Of a stretch of DNA of 64,000 nt, positions 54,556 through 64,000 are shown piece by piece (positions within the stretch are counted from its first letter, which is position 1; the number at the start of each line of letters is the position of its first letter). A program made the translations under genes and the position numbers. The stretch is from Thermodesulfobacteriota bacterium (GTDB taxonomy: Bacteria > Desulfobacterota_D > UBA1144 > Nemesobacterales > Nemesobacteraceae): the NCBI GenBank assembly GCA_965202785.1, contig OZ241855.1, positions 1,024,001 through 1,088,000 of the forward strand. Reading direction: 5' to 3'. Under the pieces are notes generated by a model. It saw nothing but the letters and a program-made list of their open reading frames with translations, was not told the DNA's origin and did not search any database.

Positions 54556-55764
54556 ATGCCTGTTTATAACTATAAAGCCATTAACGACAAGGGTGAATCG
54601 GTAAAGGGCGTTATCAGCGCGGAATCGGTCAAGACCGCAAGCGACAGGCTCAGAAAAGGCGGTATCTATCTTTCCTCTATAAAGGAGGCGAGTGGGTCTC
54701 GCCGCTCGTCGGTGAGCCTTCCGTGGAACAGGGTGAGCATTTCGGAACTTGCCGTTATGACAAGGCAGTTCTCAACGCTGATTTCGTCAGGTCTTCCTCT
54801 TGAGACCTCACTTGTGGCCCTCTACGAGCAGACCGATGACCAGAAGCTCAAGGGAATTCTCTCTCAGGTGCGGAGCCGGGTGAGTGAAGGCAGTTCTCTT
54901 CACGCCGCACTTGAGGAGCACGAAGGAGCTTTCTCTGATCTGTACGTGAGCATGGTTCGTGCCGGCGAAGCTAGCGGCACTCTTGATGTGGTGCTCGACC
55001 GTCTTGCAGATTTCCTTGAAAAGCAGCTGGAGCTGACTTCGAAGATCAGGGGTGCCATGATATATCCGGCGATAATGTTTGTCGTTGGACTCGGGGTGCT
55101 GGTTTTCATGATGACTTTCGTAATTCCCAAGGTCGCCGATATATTCGAGGCCAGCAACAAGGCTTTGCCGTTTGTTACCGTAATGCTTATAGGTGCAAGT
55201 GATTTTCTCAGGGAGAATTTCGTCCTTCTGCTGGTTTTCTTGGCCGTCGTATTATTTTTTGGACACAGGTATGTAAAAACTCCTTCCGGAAAGAAGGTCT
55301 ACGACAGATTTTCCCTGAGGATTCCAGTGTTCGGGAAAATGTCTTCGAAGGTAATGATTTCCCGTTTCACAAGAACGCTTGCCACGCTACTTTCAAGTGG
55401 CATTCCTCTTCTTGAATCCATCAGGGTGAGTGAATCGGTTATGGGAAACAGTCTTTATGTTGACAATATAAGGGATGTTCGGGTCAAGGTTGCGGAGGGA
55501 GCGGCTTTTGGAGGCTGCCTTGGACAGACCGGGATTTTTCCTCCACTAATGGTGAGAATGGTGTCTGTGGGCGAGGAGGCGGGTAAAATGGAAATCATGC
55601 TGTCGAAAGTGGCCGATATGTATGATACCGAGGTCGACGGCATGCTCGCCACGCTGACTTCCCTTCTTGAACCGGTAATGATACTGATTATGGGCGTCGT
55701 GATGGGTTTTATAGTTTTTGCTATACTTTTACCTGTATTGAATCTAACTTCTGTAATAAGCTGA
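54556..55764 (+). CDS. gspF: Type II secretion inner-membrane protein F
   Basis: TRQFSTL..SG, AGEASG.L, AMIYP, VGEE.G, LLEP. Confidence 0.94.
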   Translation: MPVYNYKAINDKGESVKGVISAESVKTASDRLRKGGIYLSSIKEASGSRRSSVSLPWNRVSISELAVMTRQFSTLISSGLPLETSLVALYEQTDDQKLKGILSQVRSRVSEGSSLHAALEEHEGAFSDLYVSMVRAGEASGTLDVVLDRLADFLEKQLELTSKIRGAMIYPAIMFVVGLGVLVFMMTFVIPKVADIFEASNKALPFVTVMLIGASDFLRENFVLLLVFLAVVLFFGHRYVKTPSGKKVYDRFSLRIPVFGKMSSKVMISRFTRTLATLLSSGIPLLESIRVSESVMGNSLYVDNIRDVRVKVAEGAAFGGCLGQTGIFPPLMVRMVSVGEEAGKMEIMLSKVADMYDTEVDGMLATLTSLLEPVMILIMGVVMGFIVFAILLPVLNLTSVIS

Positions 55765-55782
55765 ACAGGGAGGTAGAGAAAA

Positions 55783-56202
55783 ATGAGATCCCAGATGGGG
55801 TTTACTCTGATTGAAATTATGGTGGTCGTGCTTATCATAGCGGGGCTTGCCTACATAGTGGGAACGAACGTGATAGGTCAGGGGGAGAGGGCAAAGGAAA
55901 AACAGGCCATGATTCAGATTAAGCAGTTTGAGCAGGCGCTCCAGCTGTTTAAGTTTGATAACGGTTTTTATCCTGAAACCCAACAGGGGTTACGCGTTCT
56001 GGTCGAACCGGTAACGGTGGGCAGGGAGGCCAAGAGGTGGAGACGCTATCTTGAATCCGCGAGCGTGCCACTTGATCCTTGGGGGAACGAGTTTGTGTAT
56101 TTCGGGGTCGACCAGACTGAGGACGGATTGTATTATATAAGGTCTAACGGTCCGGATGGGATAGGGAATTCAGACGATGATCTGTCCAGCAGAGACAGAT
56201 GA
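55783..56202 (+). CDS. gspG: Major pseudopilin
   Basis: GFTLIEIMVV, D.G.YP.TQQGL, DPWG, S.GPDG. Confidence 0.93.
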   Translation: MRSQMGFTLIEIMVVVLIIAGLAYIVGTNVIGQGERAKEKQAMIQIKQFEQALQLFKFDNGFYPETQQGLRVLVEPVTVGREAKRWRRYLESASVPLDPWGNEFVYFGVDQTEDGLYYIRSNGPDGIGNSDDDLSSRDR

Positions 56203-56732
56203 GAAGAAAATCCTCTGGTTTTACCTTAATTGAACTCCTTGTGGTCGTTTTTCTGCTCGGAGCTTTTTTCTCCGTAGCGATGCCCAGAGTCCTCAAAACG
56301 AGTGACATGAACCTTCGCAGTGCTTCAAGAGGGCTTGTCACTACGATAAGGCATATTTACAGCAAAGCCATTTTTGAAAAACGGATATACAAGCTTTCTT
56401 TCGATATCGATACCGGAGAATACTGGGCAGAATTTCTTGAGGAAAACCAGTTCCGCTTGGAAGAGGGCTCCGCATCTGGATTCAGGAAGCTTCCCAGCGG
56501 GGTTTTTTTCAGCGATATACAGACGGAGAGAACCCAAGGAAAGATTGGTTCCGGAAGAGATGCATTTATACTTTTTCTGCCGACCGGGATTGTTGACTCG
56601 GCGGTTATTCACCTGCGAACTGATGAGGACAATTTTTTCACGCTCTCCACAAACCCCTACACCGGGGCCACTAAAGTTTTTGATGAGTACGTCGAATTTA
56701 ACAGCCGGTTTCAGAACCTGGCGGAACGTTAG
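56199..56732 (+). CDS. gspH: Minor pseudopilin H
   Basis: GFTLIELLVV prepilin motif; position in cluster. Confidence 0.8.
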   Translation: MRRKSSGFTLIELLVVVFLLGAFFSVAMPRVLKTSDMNLRSASRGLVTTIRHIYSKAIFEKRIYKLSFDIDTGEYWAEFLEENQFRLEEGSASGFRKLPSGVFFSDIQTERTQGKIGSGRDAFILFLPTGIVDSAVIHLRTDEDNFFTLSTNPYTGATKVFDEYVEFNSRFQNLAER

Positions 56733-56744
56733 GGAGAGGACTGT

Positions 56745-57119
56745 ATGAGGGCCTCGAAAAACAGCATTTGCGGATTTACGTTGCTCGAAGTCATGGTTGC
56801 CGTGGGGTTGCTTGCCTTCGCGATGGTGTCAATCCTCAGCATTGTAGGTCACAATATAAATCTTGCCACAAGGTCCACCAACTACCTGATAGCCACAAGT
56901 CTGGCCGACGACATAGCTTCACGGATCGACGCTGAAGGGGTCCCGTCGGACTCGGAAAGAAGCGGGAAATTTGAAAATTATCCCGGTTTTGAGTGGTATC
57001 TCACAGTTTCCCCTTACAATTTAACCCAATTCGAAGCGAGAATGACCATTGTCAGTGTTCTTATAACTTGGGACGACGGGGAGGAAAGCTATGAAATCAG
57101 CTTCGTCGATTCGGGATGA
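56745..57119 (+). CDS. gspI: Minor pseudopilin I
   Basis: GFTLLEVMVA prepilin motif; position in cluster. Confidence 0.8.
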   Translation: MRASKNSICGFTLLEVMVAVGLLAFAMVSILSIVGHNINLATRSTNYLIATSLADDIASRIDAEGVPSDSERSGKFENYPGFEWYLTVSPYNLTQFEARMTIVSVLITWDDGEESYEISFVDSG

Positions 57120-57765
57120 TAAAAGCGGTTTCACCCTTATAGAGGTTCTTATCGTCGTTGCCATAACAGTCATCGTGCTCACGATGCTCTACAGTTCCTT
57201 TTCCCAGCTTATAACAGTCAAACGCAGGGTGGAGACGGAAAACGAATTGATCCAGGAAGCAAATACTATCCTGCTTAAGATGCGCCATGACCTAGTGAAT
57301 GCTTTTCCCAGAGGGAATATCAATTCCGAGGTTTCTTCTCCTTTCGCATATAGCTACTTTACCGGGAGGCTCGAAGGAGATAACAGCAGAATAGTATTTA
57401 CCTCTTTTGCGAAGGACCCCACGCATTATTCCACCCAATCCGGCCAGAGCGAGATCTCCTACTATCTGGTTCCGCTCCGTGGCGAGCGCGAAGATATGTT
57501 TGCCCTTATGAGGAAGGATAATTACTGGATCGGAAACGATGAGGCTGGAGCCGCATATCCGATTTCGGAAAGGGTGCTGAGTTTCAGGGTGAATTTCCTT
57601 TCCGAACGGTCCCCGGCTTCGGCTAACGAGCAAGAGGTGTGGGAGTGGAATTCGTCAGTAATGCGGGGATTTCCAAAAGCGGTTCAGGTCCAGATTATTC
57701 TTTTGGGAGTCGGGGATCAGGAGGAGGCCTATTCCATGATTGTTGCTATACCGGTGGCTGATTGA
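57091..57765 (+). CDS. gspJ: Minor pseudopilin J
   Basis: GFTLIEVLI prepilin motif; P.AV.V C-terminus; position in cluster. Confidence 0.8.
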   Translation: MKSASSIRDDKSGFTLIEVLIVVAITVIVLTMLYSSFSQLITVKRRVETENELIQEANTILLKMRHDLVNAFPRGNINSEVSSPFAYSYFTGRLEGDNSRIVFTSFAKDPTHYSTQSGQSEISYYLVPLRGEREDMFALMRKDNYWIGNDEAGAAYPISERVLSFRVNFLSERSPASANEQEVWEWNSSVMRGFPKAVQVQIILLGVGDQEEAYSMIVAIPVAD

Positions 57766-58857
57766 ATGCGCAGGGCAGATCCGAAAACAAAGCAGAGGGG
57801 AATAGTACTTGTTATCGTTGTCATAACGATTGCAATACTTTCCACAATCGTGATTGATTTCATATACTCGACCCGCGTGAGCTACGAAATTTCCGCGAAC
57901 AGTTCAAGCGATGTTCAGGCAAGACATATTGCGAAATCGGGGGTGAGAGTCGTGCGAGGGGTGCTGAGAAAGAAAACGCCAGAGGACCTACCCTTACTGC
58001 AGGGAATACTTGCACAGGCAATAAGCTCAAAAAACGGTTCCGGCGGCTGGAAGCTTTCCATCACCTCTTTTCCCATCGGAGAAGGAAACATATCTCTTCA
58101 AGTTGTAGACGAGAGATCGAAAGTCAATCTCAATGCTCTTGTGGACCAGAGATCTGGACGGGTGGATTTTCAGGTCCGAACGCAGCTAAATGAACTTTTC
58201 CGCTTTCTCGGGGTTGAGACGGAGAAAGCCGATCTCTTCGTGGCAAGTCTAGTGAACTGGCTTGACGGGGCGGCGCCGGGTAGCGGAAACGATCAGGACC
58301 CCGATGGAGCCGGTGGGAACTATTACGCAGGACTTGAGAATCCTTATTATATTAAGGACGGACCGCTTGACAGTGTTGAGGAAATTAGGATGATTGAGGG
58401 GATGGATAAGGATTTCTTTTTCCAAGTCAAAGACTATCTAACCGTATATCCTAAAGACAAGAAGGTGAATTTCAGCACTGCTTCAAAGACAGTGATAATG
58501 GCTACCATTAAGGCTGCGGGGGTCTCGGTCAACGAGAGGCAGAACGATCCCCGGGAAATAAAAGACAGCGTAGTCGGGAGAATGGCCGACGAGATAATCC
58601 TTCGCAGGAGTACCAAGAGAGTCATATCTGCCAGCGAGACCACGAAAATCTTAAAGGGAGTGGATTCCAGTCTAAAGATAAGCTCCGGTATTTCGGGAGT
58701 GGTTCTTAAGGGCGGAAAAAGCGATGTCTATACTGCTATTTCCACGGGTATAGTGGGAGAGCAAATTCCTGTTACAAGACAGGTTCAGGCTGTTATCCGT
58801 AAAGATCTGAAAAAGAAAAATTCGTATCCTACCGTGGCGTCTTGGAGAGAAAGATAA
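57766..58857 (+). CDS. gspK: Minor pseudopilin K
   Basis: QRGIVLVIV, DERSKVNLN, NWLD, SVEEI..I.G, VN. Confidence 0.88.
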   Translation: MRRADPKTKQRGIVLVIVVITIAILSTIVIDFIYSTRVSYEISANSSSDVQARHIAKSGVRVVRGVLRKKTPEDLPLLQGILAQAISSKNGSGGWKLSITSFPIGEGNISLQVVDERSKVNLNALVDQRSGRVDFQVRTQLNELFRFLGVETEKADLFVASLVNWLDGAAPGSGNDQDPDGAGGNYYAGLENPYYIKDGPLDSVEEIRMIEGMDKDFFFQVKDYLTVYPKDKKVNFSTASKTVIMATIKAAGVSVNERQNDPREIKDSVVGRMADEIILRRSTKRVISASETTKILKGVDSSLKISSGISGVVLKGGKSDVYTAISTGIVGEQIPVTRQVQAVIRKDLKKKNSYPTVASWRER

Positions 58858-58859
58858 GA

Positions 58860-58944
58860 GCCGAAGTGGCGGAATAGGCAGACGCGCAGGATTCAGGATC
58901 CTGTGGGCATTGCGCCCGTGGGGGTTCGACTCCCCCCTTCGGCA
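58860..58944 (+). tRNA. tRNA-Leu(CAG)
   Basis: GCCGAAG/CTTCGGC acceptor; CAGGA-TT-CAG-GA-TCCTG anticodon arm; long variable arm. Confidence 0.93.
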
Positions 58945-58951
58945 GAGCATA

Positions 58952-58988
58952 AAAAAAGGGGTGCCTTTTCGAAGGACACCCCTTTTTT
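58952..58988. terminator. Bidirectional intrinsic terminator between tRNA-Leu and glnA
   Basis: AAAAAAGGGGTG-CCTT-TTCG-AAGG-A-CACCCCTTTTTT. Confidence 0.85.
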
Positions 58989-59007
58989 CTATCAGCTTTT
59001 TTCTTGC

Positions 59008-60453
59008 TTATACGTCGTAATAAAGCATGAACTCATACGGTACGGGTCTCAACCTGATCGGGTTGATTTCGTTTTCCGTTTTGTAGTCAATCCATGTCTC
59101 GATTACGTCCTCTGTGAACACTCCCCCTTTGAGCAGAAACTCGTGGTCGTCTTCAAGGGCTTTGATGGCCTCCTCAAGTGAACCTGGTACGGAGGGGATA
59201 TCACTTAGCTCCTCTGGTCCCAATGCGTAGATATCCTTGTCCAGAGGGTCTCCCGGCTTGATCTTGTTTTCGATTCCGTCAAGTCCTGCCATCAGCAAAG
59301 CGGAAAACGTCAGGTAACCGTTGCATGAGGGATCCGGGAACCTGGTCTCTATTCTCTTTGCCTTGGGGCTGGGAGAATACATGGGGATCCTTACCGCTGC
59401 GCTTCTGTTCCTCGCCGAATAAGCGAGGTTAACAGGAGCTTCAAACCCGGGAACGAGTCTTCTGTATGAATTCGTTATCGGATTGCTAAATGCGCATATG
59501 GCTCTCGCATGCTTCAATACTCCGCCTACATAATGCATCGCGAGGTCACTCAGTCCTGCATACCCTTTTCCCGCGAAAAGAGGCTTGTTTTTTTTCCACA
59601 AAGACTGATGAATATGCATTCCGGAACCGTTGTCGTCAAAGACGGGCTTTGGCATGAAAGTGGCCGTTTTCCCGTGTTCCCGGGCAACGTTTTTTACCAC
59701 ATACTTGTACCATTTCATGTTGTCTCCCATGTCGACCAGTGGAGCGAAACGCATGTCAATCTCAGCCTGCCCCGATGTCGCAACCTCATGGTGATGGGCT
59801 TCAACGGAAATACCAAGGCTTAGAAGCGTGCTTACCATTTCGGAACGTATGTCGTGCATGCTGTCTGAAGGAGGCGTTGGAAAGTAGCCTTCCTTATGTC
59901 TGAGCTTGTGACCGAGATTCGGCTGCTCATCGGCACCGGAATTCCAGATGCCTTCCTCAGAATCTATGAAGTAATATCCGGCGCGCGGGCTCTGGTCGTA
60001 CCTGATATCGTCAAGAATGAAGAATTCCAGTTCCGGACCGAAGTAGGCGGTGTCCGCGACTTTTGTGCCCTGCATGAAGGAAATAGCTTTTCTCGCTATG
60101 TTCCTCGGGTCTCTCGTGTAGGGTTCCCTTGTTATGGGATCCTCGATATTACATATAATGACGAGAGTCTGGGCCTGCATGAAAGGATCGACCTTGCAGG
60201 TGGTGGGATCCGGCATAATGAGCATATCGCTTGTGTTAATCGCCTGCCAGCCCCTGATGCTTGACCCGTCGAAACCAAGGCCGTTTTCAAAAAATGACGT
60301 GTCAACTTCCTCCGCCGGTATGGTGAAGTGTTGCCACATACCTATAAAATCAAGAAACCTGAGATCAACGAACTCAATCTCGTAATCTTTTATAAATTTC
60401 ATTACTTCAGCCGGCTTTTTTGGAAAAGCGGGCTGACCCGACTTAGTAGCCAT
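59008..60453 (-). CDS. glnA: Glutamine synthetase type I
   Basis: [36 protein letters not shown] adenylylation site. Confidence 0.98.
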   Translation of the reverse strand: MATKSGQPAFPKKPAEVMKFIKDYEIEFVDLRFLDFIGMWQHFTIPAEEVDTSFFENGLGFDGSSIRGWQAINTSDMLIMPDPTTCKVDPFMQAQTLVIICNIEDPITREPYTRDPRNIARKAISFMQGTKVADTAYFGPELEFFILDDIRYDQSPRAGYYFIDSEEGIWNSGADEQPNLGHKLRHKEGYFPTPPSDSMHDIRSEMVSTLLSLGISVEAHHHEVATSGQAEIDMRFAPLVDMGDNMKWYKYVVKNVAREHGKTATFMPKPVFDDNGSGMHIHQSLWKKNKPLFAGKGYAGLSDLAMHYVGGVLKHARAICAFSNPITNSYRRLVPGFEAPVNLAYSARNRSAAVRIPMYSPSPKAKRIETRFPDPSCNGYLTFSALLMAGLDGIENKIKPGDPLDKDIYALGPEELSDIPSVPGSLEEAIKALEDDHEFLLKGGVFTEDVIETWIDYKTENEINPIRLRPVPYEFMLYYDV

Positions 60454-60515
60454 GATTAATAATCCTCCTTAATGCGATTGTTTCCAGAGAAAAGTTTCTT
60501 TGGTGCGAGCGCTAA

Positions 60516-60869
<354 letters not shown>

Positions 60870-60898
60870 CTACGCGTATTATTCAACTACAATAAAGT

Positions 60899-60914
60899 AT
60901 CAAAAAATATACCA
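60899..60914 (-). promoter_or_regulatory. Putative sigma54 -24/-12 element for glnB-glnA (non-canonical GA at -12)
   Basis: Minus strand TGGTAT-ATTTT-TTGAT = GG-N10-GA, about 45 nt upstream of glnB. Confidence 0.45.
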
Positions 60915-61113
60915 TTTCTTTTGTTTCCAAGTGAACTGGTTCTTAAAATAGCGCCATAGAATAACTGTTTCTTTTGAGAAGGGGAAGTTTTTTGTTTTAT
61001 AACTAACTCTTATAATTAAATATTTTTCAGAATCCGAAGCCGCCTCGATTTATATTTTTGTTCGTAAAAAAATCTCCTTTTCTCCTGAATGGCATTTTGG
61101 ATTTTTCCGACGA

Positions 61114-61130
61114 TGCACGTTTATTGTGCA
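61114..61130. promoter_or_regulatory. NtrC-binding site
   Basis: Exact TGCAC-N7-GTGCA (TGCACGTTTATTGTGCA) upstream of glnB-glnA; ntrC nearby. Confidence 0.75.
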
Positions 61131-61200
61131 TAACATCTTAAAATTTAATCACTCCTGCGGAGATGTTGATTTTGAACGTGGTTAATGATATTTTCTCCCA

Positions 61201-61857
61201 ATGACTCACCGAAAACTTGGCTATGAGTTCAAAGATCCCTCTCTGCTTGAAACGGCGCTTACCCACAGTTCATATGCAAACGAGCTCTCATGCCCCAGCA
61301 ACGAGAGACTTGAGTTTCTCGGGGACGCGCTGCTTGGATGCGTGGTTAGCGTGCTGCTTTACGAAAAATACCCTTCATATACAGAGGGAGACCTCTCGAA
61401 AATCAGAAGTCGGGTGGTAAGCGGTGCGAATTTTGCGAAATACGCCGAGATGCTGGGCTTGGGAGAACAGATAAGGCTTGGAAAGGGCGAAGAGAGCACC
61501 GGGGGGAGGGAAAGGGAGTCAAACAACGCAAATGCTTTTGAAGCACTTATAGGGGCGCTGTATCTTGATGCGGGCTACGAGAAAGTTTTCGAGATGGTGT
61601 CTCGACTGTTTCGAGACGCTATTGAGGAAGACGATTTTCCCCGCGACAGCAAGACGCAGCTCCAGGAAGTTTCCCAGAGCGTTTTCGGAAAAACGCCCGA
61701 GTACAGGGTTCTGAGCGAAGAAGGTCCTCAGCATGAAAGGACTTTTACGGTAGAGGTCAGAATTTCTTCCGATCTGGCGGGTACGGGCAAGGGCAGAAGC
61801 AAGAGGCAGTCCGAGCAGTCCGCGGCGCGCGATGCGCTCAGGAAGCTTGGATATTAG
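61201..61857 (+). CDS. rnc: Ribonuclease III
   Basis: ALTHSS, NERLEFLGDA, FEALIGA.YLD, dsRBD. Confidence 0.95.
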   Translation: MTHRKLGYEFKDPSLLETALTHSSYANELSCPSNERLEFLGDALLGCVVSVLLYEKYPSYTEGDLSKIRSRVVSGANFAKYAEMLGLGEQIRLGKGEESTGGRERESNNANAFEALIGALYLDAGYEKVFEMVSRLFRDAIEEDDFPRDSKTQLQEVSQSVFGKTPEYRVLSEEGPQHERTFTVEVRISSDLAGTGKGRSKRQSEQSAARDALRKLGY

Positions 61858-61860
61858 GTT

Positions 61861-63276
61861 TCAATTCTTTTCTATTCCCAGGTCATTTATTTTTTTTGAC
61901 AGGGTGTTTCTGTTTATTCCCAGTATCGCTGCCGCCTGTTTCATGTTTCCGTCAGTTTTTGCGAGAATGGTTTTGATTAACTGTTTTTCAACTTTCCCGA
62001 TTACCTCTTCGTGGACGTTGTGCAGGGACAAGTCCGAATTCTCTACCATCATGCGAACAAGTTCTTCGGTCTTCCTCTCCGCCGTTTCCGTTTCTCCGTA
62101 GCTGGTTTGCGAATCGATGGCTTCTTTTGTCTCCTCACCGCTTATTATGCTGTCGGGAGTTAAAACCAGAAGACGTTTTATAGTGTTTTCAAGTTCTCTT
62201 ACGTTTCCGGGCCAGCTGTGACTTACTAGTAACTGCTCCGCTTCGAGGGAGAGCACCTTTTTCTCGGTGCCGAATTCAGCTGAGTGCTTCTTCAAGAAGT
62301 GTTGAACCAGTTCCTTTATATCCTCTTTTCTTTTCCTGAGAGGGGGCAGGTTTATGCTTATGACGTTTAGCCTGTAAAACAGGTCCTCTCTGAAAGAACC
62401 TTCCGTGACGGCATCTCTTAGGTTTTTATTCGTGCTCGCGATTATTCTAGGGTCAACAGAGACAGGTTTTTCACTGCCTAGCCTATAGATCTGTTTTTCC
62501 TCGATGGCCCTTAAGAGTTTTGACTGCAAGTCGGTTGAAAGTTCCCCTATTTCGTCTATGTGAAGGGTTCCGCCGTCGGCTTCTTCAAATCTTCCTTTCT
62601 TTAAGGCGGTGGCGCCGGTGAAGGCTCCCTTTTCGTATCCGAACAGTTCACTTTCGATGAGTTCCTTGGGGATTGCGGATATATTTACGGATACCAGTCT
62701 TTTCTTTCTTCTCGGACTGTTATAATGGATGGCTCTTGCGATAAGTTCTTTCCCGGTACCGCTTTCTCCTGTTATCAGCACGGTGATGTTTTTGGAGGCG
62801 GTGCGACCGATAAGCTTGTATACGTTCAGCATGTCGGGTGAACTGCCGACTATTTCTTCGAACGAAATACTTTCCTCGGAATCCTGAGACAGCCTTATTT
62901 CTCTCCCGGCCTCATAGTTTTTTATGGCCCGTTCGGCAAAGAGTTTTACCTCTTCTAGGTCAAAGGGCTTGGTCAGATAATCATAGGCGCCGAGCTGTAT
63001 TGAATCTATGGCGTTGCTGACGGTGTTCTGTGCGGTAATGAATATTATGGGCGAGTCGATTTCTCTGTTTCTAAGCTGGGTGAGAACCTCAAACCCGTTC
63101 ATATCCGGCATGTTTATGTCAAGAAGAATCAGGGAGTATGGATCCTCGCATGCTTTTCGGACGGCGTCCTCCCCGTTTTCAGCGCACTCGATTTCAAAGC
63201 CCGATTTCTTAAGGGATGTCTCGAGTATCCACCTGATGTCTTCTTCGTCGTCGGCTATTAAAATACGATTTTTCAT
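61861..63276 (-). CDS. ntrC: Sigma54-dependent response regulator NtrC
   Basis: Receiver (DDE..IRW, LDI.MP), GESGTGKE, GAFTGA, Fis-type HTH LGINRNTL. Confidence 0.88.
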   Translation of the reverse strand: MKNRILIADDEEDIRWILETSLKKSGFEIECAENGEDAVRKACEDPYSLILLDINMPDMNGFEVLTQLRNREIDSPIIFITAQNTVSNAIDSIQLGAYDYLTKPFDLEEVKLFAERAIKNYEAGREIRLSQDSEESISFEEIVGSSPDMLNVYKLIGRTASKNITVLITGESGTGKELIARAIHYNSPRRKKRLVSVNISAIPKELIESELFGYEKGAFTGATALKKGRFEEADGGTLHIDEIGELSTDLQSKLLRAIEEKQIYRLGSEKPVSVDPRIIASTNKNLRDAVTEGSFREDLFYRLNVISINLPPLRKRKEDIKELVQHFLKKHSAEFGTEKKVLSLEAEQLLVSHSWPGNVRELENTIKRLLVLTPDSIISGEETKEAIDSQTSYGETETAERKTEELVRMMVENSDLSLHNVHEEVIGKVEKQLIKTILAKTDGNMKQAAAILGINRNTLSKKINDLGIEKN

Positions 63277-63339
63277 AATCTGGTTTCTCTAGGTTCCAAG
63301 TTGCGATTGCGTTGTCTGTCCCCAGAGGCTGATAATTCT

Positions 63340-63999
63340 CTAGCTTGCCGGGAGCTGTATCTTGAATTCGGAACCTGTTCCTTCTGCGCTCTCCGCGGTA
63401 ATTATTCCTCCGTATTTGGCTATTACCTGGCTCGATATGAAAAGCCCAAGCCCGCTTCCCTTCCTCTTGCTTGAAAAAAACGGGGTGAATATTTTTTTCA
63501 GGTCTTTTTTCTGTATGCCGCTTCCGTTGTCCTTTACCGATATCATGACGGTGTGTTTATTGCGTATCTTGTAATCCGTCACCCATCTTGTGCTGACCGT
63601 TATCTGCCCGTTGTCCTTGATCGAGCTCACGGCGTTTTGAATGATGTTTATAAACACCTGTTTGAGAGAGTTGTAGTCCCCTGGTATGGGAGGAATGGTA
63701 ATGTCGAGCTTGTGTTTGAATTTTATGTTTTTACGAAGATTCGATTCGAGAAATATTATGTCAATCAGAATCTCGTTTATATCCACCGACATCAGATGCT
63801 GCGTTGATACCGATGAGGGTTTGACGAGCCTGTCGACCAGGTCTTTCAGTCTCTCCACTTCCTTTATTATTATCTTGGAACACCGGTTTTTCTCTGTTTT
63901 TGACAACGTGCCTTTTAGAAGCTGTGCCGCCCCCTTTATGCCGCTTAGAGGATTTCTTATTTCGTGCGCGAGCCCTCTTACCAGGGTTTCGTAATTTTC
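63340..63999 (-). CDS. ntrB: NtrB-like histidine kinase, 5'-truncated by the window edge
   Basis: Frame is open to the window end with H-box GLAHEIRNPLSGIKGAAQLL; N, DNGSGI, FTPFF, GSGLGL boxes. Confidence 0.85.
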   Translation of the reverse strand, partial: ENYETLVRGLAHEIRNPLSGIKGAAQLLKGTLSKTEKNRCSKIIIKEVERLKDLVDRLVKPSSVSTQHLMSVDINEILIDIIFLESNLRKNIKFKHKLDITIPPIPGDYNSLKQVFINIIQNAVSSIKDNGQITVSTRWVTDYKIRNKHTVMISVKDNGSGIQKKDLKKIFTPFFSSKRKGSGLGLFISSQVIAKYGGIITAESAEGTGSEFKIQLPAS

Positions 64000-64000
64000 T

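Overview
A ~50% GC, gene-dense bacterial chromosomal window made mostly of housekeeping genes. Gene order (tRNA-Ile2/zinc-ribbon/RNase HI/rnpB; ilvN-ilvC-psd-pssA; tig-clpP-clpX; gspC-K) resembles Deltaproteobacteria-like lineages, possibly Ca. Dadabacteria; this taxonomy is inferred, not verified. It contains nitrogen assimilation genes (gltBD, glnA, glnB, ntrC, partial ntrB, Gln-dependent nadE), tyrS, rnpB, four tRNAs, a higBA toxin-antitoxin pair, a BtuFCD/FecBCDE-type ABC importer, a TonB-dependent receptor and a type II secretion cluster that ends at gspK. No CRISPR array, integrase or transposase was seen. Two loci stand out. (1) 31.6-37.4 kb: ApbE flavin transferase, an uncharacterised His-containing membrane protein, a periplasmic FMN-binding protein, an outer-membrane porin and a cytochrome c-FTR1 permease, with operator-like sites in the divergent promoter region. 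This is a candidate flavinylation-coupled redox iron-uptake system. (2) 0.65-3.4 kb: an apparent operon of an ArgC homologue whose substrate-binding and His motifs are replaced, a stand-alone adenylate-forming enzyme and an acyl carrier protein. This is a candidate carrier-tethered activation/reduction pathway. All calls come from motif recognition by eye; no searches were run.
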